Shown: piece after piece, positions 24,601 to 35,400 of the stretch
Layout of the letters: the number at the start of each line of letters is the position of its first letter
How positions within the stretch are numbered: position 1 is the stretch's first letter
Source of the DNA: Ophelia neglecta
Lineage: Eukaryota
Length of the DNA stretch: 64,000 nucleotides
Direction of reading: 5' to 3'
Assembly (NCBI GenBank): GCA_965285935.1
Contig: OZ260664.1
Location: 54,932,001 to 54,996,000 of the forward strand
Position numbers and translations under genes: made by a program
Notes under the pieces: model-generated
What the model saw: only the letters and a program-made list of their open reading frames with translations
Told to the model about the DNA's origin: nothing
Database searches by the model: none

Positions 24601-27600
24601 TATTACGGTATTTATGACTCGGTGGCATAATAATTAACTTGCTGACAATGTGATTAAGTCGACAGTTTATGAAACTTCCCCTGATAGTTGTCAATAAATA
24701 ATTATTATCTGATAGGCAATTATCAGAATACATAATTCATCCATTGGTGTTTAATGATAAACACATGATCACAGCATATGATGCCAAATGGTGTTTTTAA
24801 GTGTGGGAAAACTCTTAAAGAACAGACAACACCGAGTGTACATTGTATCTAAGTGACAGACATACATTCATATTTGAAACTAAATAGCCATGCTGGGAGG
24901 TGTCTGATTAATATTCGAGAAAGTTTGGTAGAAATAAGTACAGGCGCCAAATGGCCTATAGGCCTACCCTGTATAATTTGGCTTAGGAGAGGTTTCGAAT
25001 CACGAAGCGTTGAGGAAAATACGCTTTCAAGAGGGATTTTTCCTTTGTACGTTAATGGCCGGAGGGTTCCGACATTTCAGAGGCTTTACTGTCATTAAGC
25101 ACAATATCATTAGAAGGAGGGATCATCGGATTTCTCCGCAGTCACCAGTCACAAGCCTGATGACTTTTGTCAGCTCCCTGAGTCTCCTTCCAGGACACAA
25201 AGAAGTCAACCCCCAAAGGTGCAGATTACCATTGTGCAGGAATAATGTAAAGAAACCTATTGGGAGAATGTGCCATAGTGAAAACAAATGGACTTCAGTA
25301 ATGTGACTAATTAAGAGATATCAATTTTCTAGCTTGCAGCCAGCTTAACGTTATTGATGCAAGTCAAAGAACAAAAAGATAAAGCCTATCCAGCATTGAC
25401 GTTTTTACATTGTTTTAGGTACATAACACCAAGGTTCTGCACTCATCAATTGCCAAATTAGCCAAAACGCGCTCCATTGATATTTTTTTAAAAAGTAACT
25501 ATTCATTGCATGGTGTTGTTCCTCTGTTCTCAATGGAAACACCATACGTTTGGCGTCTTCTATTTGGAGAAAAATGTCTCCCTGCACGTTTGAAATTTGA
25601 AAGTTTCTTAATCACCATTAATGTAATCATTAACACTGCAGTTTTCTGTTATTAGCTCTTCTAATAATTGCACTGCAGAGACGAGCTCCAACATCTTGCC
25701 AGCCCATTCATCAGGTCTGAAGGAGGCCCCAGACAACACGTGATGAAGGTCAGGTAAACGGTACACTTGCGAGAGATATACACCCCAGCTAGCACACATA
25801 TCAGGCAGCCCTAGCTTTATTTTAGCAGACTTTTACCAGGAACGATTAAGGCTCATTTCCTTAATGAATATCCATTAACTGGGACATGTTTGTAGATAAC
25901 GCTGGCCAGAGAGCTATCTGTTCACTCGGTTCTGGCAGCCTGTGAAAATCACCACAGCCCGATGTATTCAGTTCGTTAATGGTTAAACTTGCTTGAGCGC
26001 TGACAGAAGCCGCGAAGTGCACTTTATATATAGAAACACTCGGCAATAAAACAAAGCCAAGAAATGACAGGTTTTTCCTTCTACGCCCCTTCTTTGTAGG
26101 TATTCCAACGTCTTATCAGCAACCCGACTCCTCAACTTGATTCCCCGCAGGTGCTGTCAGACAACCCCTATCTTTTCCTGGACAAAACCACCAATAAATC
26201 CAGGCAGGCTACCTCGATATCAGCGCTATGTCTATCCTACATATCATTCAAAAAGAAACTAGGATAAAATGTCTATCATGTGGCAACACTGGAGGACATA
26301 ATGTGGGAGAACAAAGCACGGCAATGCAATCTCATCATCCTTATATCAGAGTTCGAACAACACAGAAGTGCAATTCGTTAGTAATAGCCACCAAAATGTA
26401 CACGAACGTAGAAAACACGATAGGAAAAAAATACTGTCGTGTTTGGAGAGTAAACCAAGGCTCCGAGTGGGGCCTAGGCCGACAAAAACCAGACCCAACT
26501 AATGAAATTAAAGCCGCGCCAGTCCGGCAGTTAGCTGTCGCCGGTCTGTACCCAATCGGAGCACATCAGTAGCGCAAACCGCATCGTCCCCTCCTAAATG
26601 GGCTATTATTCCTCTATTAAACTAACCAGTCAGCGGTGGGGTGTATTAACCCTCAGAAATGAAAAGTAAATATTGACATAGTGCGAGCGACACGGACAGG
26701 AGGCGAGTTTTTCGTCACCCTTGCCTGCCCCCGGCTCACCAGTTTGAGTGACAGCGGCGTCGGAAGCCGAAAGCCGACACTGTTTGATGTTGCATGCTGT
26801 TTGCTTTGCTAAGTGTTATGTGTCAATAAAAATAGTAGGCTGTGGCCAAGGCCGAAAAATGTTGGCTTCACTCATCGGTCTCGCGCACACAAACACGATG
26901 GCCACCGTTGAAAGATACATGGGCAGGTTCCTTCAATAAAGATACCGTAATGATGGACTAACATAAATTCCGTCCATCAGATCCCCATCAGTAAATGTTT
27001 CATCCTGTCTTGAAACGCCATTCTACAGCCACTATATAACTCAAAATGCGCAGTCTAGACATACGTGCACAAGGTTTGATAGCAGGTTCCTAAATTTGAT
27101 ACTATTTTGACACAATGTGACTAAGTAGGTCATGGTCAGGACAGATGAGGGGATCATTCCTGAACAGCCGCCATCAAGAGCAGAAGACGCCGCTGGGAGT
27201 GATAAAGAACCCCATCGGAGTCGTTTAACACCTCGGTGTTTGCAGAGCAATTCGCGCCTCTTTAGCCTTAGTTTACATTGCTAACACAAGGTAAACAAAG
27301 GCCGACCGTCGAGTCAATTGGTTTTGACAGAGAAGCTCCATATTGTTGGGATGGTAAACACCGGTCGGTATAATCAGCCTGTGAGCCTGTTGACAACATG
27401 GTCAATCTCTGATATTGAGTACCCAGCACATAGCGCGATGGCGCCTGGGCTGTGGTTTTCTTTTCCATTGGAAACGCCCAAGCATCTATATGAGTTTAAT
27501 CAACAACGGGAGAATATTATGTACTGCGTTATGGCTAGGGATAATGTAAACATGTGAACAGGGGTCACAATAAAACGGCAATTTTAAACCAGTTATGTGT

Positions 27601-27779
27601 ATGTAGCGGCAGACTGCTTGAAACCAAAAGGGACAAGGAGAATCTCCTGGGTGTTGGGCTTGTTTTCACCTTATGTAGTGTTTGATAGCCGTTTTGTTGT
27701 AAATGATTGTAATGAGACGGCGGTCGAGTTCCTGCGGAGAGGCCCGAGGTTTGCTGCTACCCGACCTTTGCCATCCCGG

Positions 27780-28000
27780 TGCGGTGAGCCAATGGATCGC
27801 GGACTCGAGGCGGGGCCTAGTTCGGGCTAAATGTCGGTTGCCAAAATGAATATCTTCTCACCGGCGAATCGCGAGTGCCGTGGAACAGTAGCGATTCGGC
27901 TATAGGCGCAGACTTGGGACTGATAACGCCCTCCACCTCAGATTGGCAGTGCCCGCCACTCGCCGCTTCCCTAGCTCGCTACGTTAATAATATATGCCAA
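27780..28000 (+). promoter_or_regulatory. GC-rich upstream promoter-like segment with CCAAT (27789), GC box GAGGCGGGGC (27807), ATTGG (27942) and GCCCGCC (27950)
   Basis: Motif cluster in a CpG-dense stretch 0.7-0.9 kb upstream of the mab-21 ATG. Confidence 0.4.
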
Positions 28001-28330
28001 CAAGTCAGAGTCGATGAGGCCTACGTTCAGAGTGGTGGATGGGAGAGGGCCTTGCACAACGTTGGCGCACATTCCAAGAAGTATTTGTCGAGGTGGACTA
28101 ACAGCGAACCCTCATTCCTGCTTCCCGTAGCAGACTAGACCCCTTTCTCCCGCGGGCCATCCCAGCCCCCCCTATTCCCTGTTCTGCCGGCCACACTCTG
28201 CGGAAGTAGCCTTGTACTGAACACTGCCCGGTGTGCCTGCATACCGCATCACGGATCGTCGATACCCAGCACCGCCGCGCGAGGAGTTAATAATTGAAAT
28301 GAAAAACAGCATCGGACTACTACTGTGATC

Positions 28331-28415
28331 ATTGGCTTGAAACGGTTTGTGCTGCTTGATGTATGGAACTATAGGAGCATTATAAACACGGAACTGACTC
28401 CTGTGTAACTTATCG
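28331..28415 (+). promoter_or_regulatory. Candidate proximal mab-21 promoter: inverted CCAAT (ATTGG 28331-28335) and TATAAA (28381-28386)
   Basis: The spacing is typical of CCAAT/TATA promoters. No ATG occurs between 28366 and the start codon at 28724, as expected of a 5' UTR. Confidence 0.45.
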
Positions 28416-28723
28416 TATTCTACAAAACGTTGGTCATCGTCCACAGCTGGCCGCAGCAGAAGAGCCAGAACTATATCCCACAATACTTTGGATAGCTCCT
28501 CCTAAAACAAGACTTTTTGTGTGAAATTAGCGTGGACTCCTGATTAACTTTCTGAAGAGGCGGCATCGAGAGCGCCAGCTGCGCGTGTAACTGTGCCGGA
28601 ATTCGCAGCTGATCCCAGGCAAGTACTGGTCTGGTTTCCTTCTAGACGTGACAATCCCGACATAGAATTTTATCTTATTTCTGTGCTTGAACTGTAAAAC
28701 ATTTCCACGCCAATTCTTCCAAG

Positions 28724-29217
28724 ATGATGGCCGCACAGAGCAAGCTGTTATTCCAGCTCAACAAGTACTACAACGAGCGTGTCCACGCCAGAAAAAGTGG
28801 AGTAGGCAAAGCCATCCGAGAGGTGTGCAAGGTAGTACAGGACGTTCTCAAGGAGGTGGAAGTTCAGGAGCCCCGCTTTATTTCAAGCCTTTCGGATGTC
28901 AACGGACGTTTTGAGGGACTACAAGTCATCAGTCCCACAGAGTTCGAAGTTATTCTATACCTCAATCAGATGGGCGTCTTCAATTTCGTCGACGACGGAG
29001 CCATTCCTGGATGTGCAGTCCTTAAACTCAGTGACGGGCGAAAGCGTTCCATGTCTCTTTGGGTAGAATTTATCACGGCCTCCGGTTACTTGTCCGCCCG
29101 GAAAATTCGCTCCCGGTTTCAGACCCTCGTAGCCCAAGCTGTTGACAAATGTAGCTTTCGAGACACGGTCAAAATGATTGCCGATACCACTGAGGTTAAG
29201 TTGAGAATCCGGGAGAG
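28724..29217 (+). CDS. mab-21: mab-21 (MAB21L1/MAB21L2 orthologue) coding exon 1, residues 1-165
   Basis: MMAAQSKLLFQLNKYYNE...VLKEVEVQEPRFISSL...SLWVEFITASGYLSARKIRSRFQTLVAQAVDKC is close to vertebrate MAB21L1/2. Start context ccaagATGATGG; donor AG|gtgagc (phase 2). Confidence 0.97.
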
Positions 29218-30113
29218 GTGAGCATCAATGAGTTTTGGTTCTATTAGCCTATAGCCTACAGTGATGTTTTAGGGCGTGAAATAAACACCACTGAGGCTTT
29301 ACATAAAACATAAGTAGGGGGTGATCAATTTGAAAATACATGTACACAGTAGATTGTTAAATATGACAACAAATATATCAGCGGCTAACAGCGGGATGAG
29401 GTGACACACTCGGCTAACATCCGCACGATATTTACAACACATCTGATAATAGGGCTAGAGGTACGTATGGCAAAATGAATTCCACCTCAAGATGTCCTTA
29501 TTATAGGCCTATGAGCTGGCAAGCAAGATGCTAAATGCTTGTAAACCCTGCACTAGATAGGATACCTAACAACATATATGCATGGTGGGTAAAAAAATAT
29601 ATACATATATAATAAGCATTGATTAAGGGTCCATAGTCGCCACAAAAACATGCCTTTGGCGTTTTCGAAACCTGTCTCATCAACTTGAGTTATGATTTGC
29701 AGTCATTATTCAACCAAAGTTTGCAACAAATGCGATTGTGAGCTATGAGTGAGCTCTAGGTAATATATCGCTCATTTAGACAGTGTCATTGTATTGGGTC
29801 AATAGGGGTAGACCCCCTGCCGATCAAAATTGAAACAATCTATTGCTGTATTCTGAATGCTAGCTAAAGAGTTGGTAATATATAACCACAAACCAAGAGA
29901 CTTTCCCCATATTACCTATATAGACCTATAGCAAGCTGAATCCAGTTTCAGAAGTCCAAGTTTAATATAACAGTTGTCATATTTGAGACATATTTAGCTC
30001 ATTTATCTCTGCCCTCCCTGACACCAGACTAGTGGAGCCGCCCTACCGATCTCCCTAGACTATACACAACAATTTAGTGAGCTTTTTAAAATAAAGAATG
30101 TTGTCCATTTCAG
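29218..30113 (+). other. 896-bp phase-2 intron within the mab-21 coding sequence (inside the Arg165 codon)
   Basis: GTGAGC...TTTCAG; removing it restores the KLRIRE-R-FVVQITP junction. Confidence 0.93.
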
Positions 30114-30699
30114 GTTTGTAGTACAGATCACCCCGTCGTTTAAGTGCGGGGGTGTGTGGCCTCGGAGTGCCGCCCACTGGCCTATACCCCACATCCCTTG
30201 GCCAAACCCCAACCTGGTAGCCGAGATTAAGACCGAAGGCTTTGACCTGCTCAGCAGGGACAGCATCTACATGAAGGACAAGCAGTCGGCGGCAGAGGGC
30301 GACGCCTGGGTTATCAGTTTTTATTTGGCCGAGAACATGCTGCTCCAGGGCGGCTGTCGGCGGAGGTGTCTATCCATACTGAAAACCCTCCGCGACAAGC
30401 ACCTGGACGTCCCCGGCAAGCCCATCGAGAACTATCATCTCAAAACACTGCTCTTGTACGAATGTGAGAAGCATCCGCGCGAAATCGAATGGGACGAGAC
30501 CTGTTTGGGGGACAGAATCAACGGCATTCTGCTCCAGCTGATCTCCTGCATGCAGAATCGTCGCTGCCCTCATTACTTTTTACCTAACCTAGATCTGTTC
30601 AAGGGAAAGTCGGGCTCAGCCATGGACAACGCGGCCAAGCAGGCGTGGAGGATACTTCGGGAACTGCTTACCAACTCCAGGAGTCTGGAGAAATTGTAG
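30114..30699 (+). CDS. mab-21: mab-21 coding exon 2, residues 165-359 plus stop (RFVVQITPSFKCGGVWPRSAAHWPIPHIPWP...LTNSRSLEKL)
   Basis: Acceptor tccatttcag|G. The two exons total 494+586 = 1080 nt, i.e. 359 aa plus TAG, the same length as human MAB21L1/2. The C-terminal SLEKL is conserved. Confidence 0.97.
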
Positions 30700-31595
30700 G
30701 AAATTTATGTCATGGCGCACAGCGTTCTTCTAACCTTCAATATGCTGTATGGATATTTATTAGCTGTCTACTTTCCTGAAAAAACTGCATGTTCACCATT
30801 AGAGCATGAGGACACAGCACACTTCGGTGTGTGATAAACTAAGGTTCACAATCAATGACTCGAGCAGTAGTCAGGAACAGAATGAATGTTGAGATTTTGC
30901 AGCAAAAACTGGACATGTAATTTTAATGTATGTGAATCTATCTATATATTGTGTGCGAGTGTTCGTCAGCATTGGTCTCGTTTATGATCGCCTATCAGCA
31001 GTTGTGGATAAATGTGTTTAGGTGGTTAATAATATGTTTAGTGTGCCTTGTGGTGCTTCTGTCAGAAGGTAAAGTAACTTTTCGTATATTTATGTGTGTA
31101 TCCTTCCCACAAAAGACAGACTCCCCTACACAAGTATATAGTCCACATATGCGTCTTGAGCAGTCACGGACTCGGTGACCTCCGAATACTCAAATAGTCT
31201 GAGCTACGAGGTGAAGATATCAAATAGTGACCCACCAACTGACCACAACCATTTTAGTTTGACATAGCAATTCGAGTAGGTTGAGGTGTGTCTTAGATCG
31301 CCTCTATTTATCATTCCCAGCTCAAATCATCGAGATGTTTGACTAAATAGTCGGGTCTGTTGGTCTCATTACGGCTCGGCCCACGGTGCTTTGGCGTCCC
31401 CGACTCGCCTACATCGTGCTCTGGACTGGGTTCGTGGCACGGTCGGACCATCAACTGCCCTGGCCGGCCAGTCATCAGGCAGTAAGCCGAGAGACTCGCA
31501 ATACTTATCACAAATGGAGCACATCCTGCGAACGAGGCGATAAACTATACTCTCATATCATGTGTCTCCCTCTTTATTAGATGCATATGTATATT

Positions 31596-31642
31596 TGTAA
31601 ATAAAACTTGCAAAACTAGATTCATTTCACGTCTGTCGTTTC
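31596..31642 (+). terminator. Candidate mab-21 polyadenylation site: TGTA plus AATAAA (31600-31605), CA near 31624, then a GT/T-rich downstream element
   Basis: First AATAAA I found after the stop codon; it implies a 3' UTR of about 0.9 kb. Confidence 0.55.
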
Positions 31643-32300
31643 AAAACAGGGGCCACCGCCATCTGAGGTCGGCGGGAAATTGAGCTAACGGTGGGGACTA
31701 TCTAAAACCATGGCTGTGTTTGAGTTATACAGATATATATATAGCATTATAACGTAAAGTTGAAATACAAGAGGTACAAGGGCCAGAACTGCGCTCTTAC
31801 TTCAAATAAACAATGTTGCCGAGCTTATTTGTGTAGCTATTTAATCCATAACAGAGCGAGCGGTTCTCCAGATGTGCTGGATGTCTACCATGTTAATCAC
31901 ACAAACATATGTCACGTCGTTCGGCCATTTTGTCGACAAGTGAGGTGAACGCTCTTGTCCTTCACGCCTATTATCGCTAACACGTGCCTAGTGCCACCCT
32001 ACGACCCTAATGGATTTAACAGTCTAGTATCCACTGTAAATGTCTTAACCAGGGTCTAATTCTCCACTGAATATCTCTGAATATATCACGAGTATATATA
32101 TTATAAATTCATTGTAGATACAAATTCATAGGCCTCAAAACGTAAGGGGTTGGTTTGCGTACTGATGAAACAGAATAATACAATGAGTGGTTGATAATGG
32201 CATGATACCCTGCTCCCAGACGACAACGAGTTACCTGCTCGTAAGATCACTCGCTATATCGTCCTTACTACTCTCACTGTGAGCAGGGTAATAGCATCAC

Positions 32301-32486
32301 GTTCATGACATTACAGATGATAACACAATGAGTGGCCGTTCATGACATTACAGATGATAACACAATGAGTGGCCGTTCATGACATTACAGATGATAACAC
32401 AATGAGTGGCCCTTTCATGACATTACAAATGACAACACATAGATTGGCCCTTCATGGCATTAAATATGATAATACAGTGAGTTGCC
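32301..32486. repeat. 37-bp minisatellite, 3 perfect plus 2 diverged copies (GTTCATGACATTACAGATGATAACACAATGAGTGGCC)
   Basis: Exact copies at 32301, 32338 and 32375; diverged copies at 32412 and 32450. Confidence 0.93.
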
Positions 32487-35400
32487 GCGCCTGGCTTTAC
32501 TGATTTATCGGCCTATCTGAGTCAACAAATGCCCTAATCACCAGTAATTATACCTGAACTAAGGAAACTATATTTGTAGAGATTCCTACTAAATATCAGA
32601 TTATTTGCTAAACGGCTGAAAGTCATTTATCGTCTGCTAGATACCAATAATCGTGACAAGATAGATGCTATCCAAGTTGCAAAAGACAACGGGCGTACAT
32701 AATCATGTTGGCCTATATTACTACGACTAAAAAATACACCAGTAAATGTAATCGAACTTATTAAACGGTATCTGCGTGCTCACCGATACGTTCTAATGGT
32801 GTATCATTCCACCAACCATCAAGGCATTAATAAAATGAGCGCCAATAGCTATATCACGTCATTTATTAATGACGCTGCACTCACCTTAATGGCAAAAATC
32901 TGAAATCCGCACATCAACACCATGTTAACATAATAGACTACATCCCATACTTAAAATGTTGTCCTCATTTGGCCGAAATAATTGCTGGTAAATATTACAA
33001 TCAATATCCATTGGGCATCAATTATGAAGTGAATTCCTAAAAATTGCTCGGAATATAGAGAGGGAATATGACTAGCAAACATAAAAACATATTAAGATTA
33101 CATGTATGAGAGGGATTACATGGTCCCATTCCTTGATTAAATATGCAGAATAAATATATCAAAATTAGTCGTCACGGCATAAAATAAAAAAAATATGGAC
33201 GTCTAAATTCATAGCTATAGTTTGCCTGGAATGTGTGGGTCAATATATATGAAATCAATATAGGAGATATGTAATTCAGTTCAAAATTTCTCCTTAACAT
33301 TAATTTGGGGAATGTATAATTGGTCAAGAACATCTATATATCAGCTTATTTCTGTTCCTGTGAACAGACATGGGACATTCAGCTCATGAGTCAGAGCTTG
33401 GGGAGACCCGGGAAAAACCACCAGGCAGAACAAATGTATTGCGACAACGAAATGAGCAGACCCGCATCTATGAATGTTTAAACAGGATTCACCTAGAGGT
33501 CTAATTGTTATCACAAGAACGCGACATGCATTCCACAGCCACACACTGCATGAAGGCATTCCGATAAAGTTAGAATGTGTGGTTGAATTGATTAATAAAT
33601 AGGCTGTAAATGTGTGTATGGATATAAAAGAAGTCAGGACACTTTGTTGTCGGAAACATTATTACGTTGGGTTAACGAGAAGAAGAAAATGATAAAACAG
33701 CCGAACACGTCTCATACTGATGAACGCATCAAACAAACCATAGATTATATACAAGTACAAATCCGATCTAGAGAGGCAAGGCTTCTTTTTACAAGAATGC
33801 AAACGAATCTTACCATTCTATCAATTAATTAACTTGACAGTGAAGGTAACATTGGCATGCATGGGACTAAGATCTTATAGCTTTGAGAAAAAGCTGGAGG
33901 CCTGAACATGATATAGAGAATGATAACGAGCTAGTAGCGGTTTGAGCGGCGACCTCGAATTTCCGCGAAACTGAGACTAGTTTTAAAATGTTCCAGGTTT
34001 CGGCACTTAACACTGAGACTCTCAATCAGGCCACATTGGCGCAGCTCTTCCAAGGCGTATCCGTTCTCGAGATATTTAGCTTTTGACAGCGCTCTGGCCC
34101 GAGCGAGAGGAAAAACACGCCGAATGTCGGCTCGACGTGGAGTCTCCTTAAGTGTGTTGTCGAAAGGTGCGTCTGAATCGCCGGAAATATCAACATGGCA
34201 TAGATCAGAAGCTTTATAAAACCTCCAGCCTGTAAAATCTACAAGACCCGCCTATACGCGCTGACTCGAGATGTTGTCAAAATCATAAAATTACGAGAAG
34301 GCATTGCCAAAAGAATTTAATGAAAAAACCCAAAGGCAGAATCATGAGCGCTGCATTCAAATAAATAATACAATAATAATATTACATATAAATCAATGAT
34401 ACTTATCAATTTAATTTTATTTGCTGCTTTTTGTAACAAGGTACCATTTTCCATGATAACTCAAATGGCCAAACAGGTGCATCTGAGGTGGTATGACTTA
34501 TGCTTTCAAAGTGTGTGATAACAACGCCCAGGGCTCAAGCCGATCGATTATATAGGAATTAACAGGTTGCTACATTTGGTGTATTCTGATTATAATCATG
34601 GCCATCAATCCTGAAAGAATACGACAAGTACATCGACATCAATGACTGGCAAGAGCAAAATGGGAGTCAAGTGCAAAACGGAAAACAGAGCTATACCCAG
34701 TGGCGTACAACGATAAACATAAGACATGTATACAGCAAACAAGCTACATTCCTATAGACCCATACACAGTGATCAGCAGACATTCGTATATCTTTAGGGC
34801 AATAAATGTTCATAAAATTAATTCAAAAGCAAAACTTTAATTAGAGTAAGGCCCATTAGGCATAAAGCTTTAAACCCACATTTTAAAATATATCACTGTG
34901 AAGGCCTATATTTATATTGTATACGTCTACCTGTAAACGTTTGGCTGGGAAAGTAGATGCAGGGGACCTTGAGCTTTATAATGAGAAAAAAAATCAAATT
35001 TTAACCAAGTCCCCACGCAAAACATCCTTCTCACAAAAATCATAGGCATATTGGTTGGCTTAAGGCGCGATATCATGGTCCAGCATGGCCAGCGGGACGG
35101 GCCCAGCTCGCTCTCATTGTTCATGCATGTCAGCAGTAACAGCTACTGTTCCGTGGAGGCCCAGAATGCCGTTGTTCCTTGCGGTCATCCCTGGGGGAGG
35201 GGGGGGTGTACCGCTGTCGGGGGAAGGCCCCGGCTATCAACGTGAAATAGTCCGGCCGCTCGCCGATGATAATATCTGGTCATTAGTAGATCACCGATAG
35301 TTCTACTCGACCACGCTCCCCACCACTTAAGAAAATGTTTAGATTTCGGTGGCTGCATACACAAACTTTTCGTCATTACATCAAAGCCTCTGGGCCATTA

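Noticed and set aside
28724-30699. Interpretation as a cGAS/CD-NTase immune system
   Set aside because: The sequence is the highly conserved developmental MAB21L1/2 type (Gln at the third catalytic position), with no STING or effector genes nearby.
32301-32486. 37-bp repeat as a possible CRISPR array
   Set aside because: The units are head-to-tail with no unique spacers, the context is eukaryotic, and there are no cas genes.
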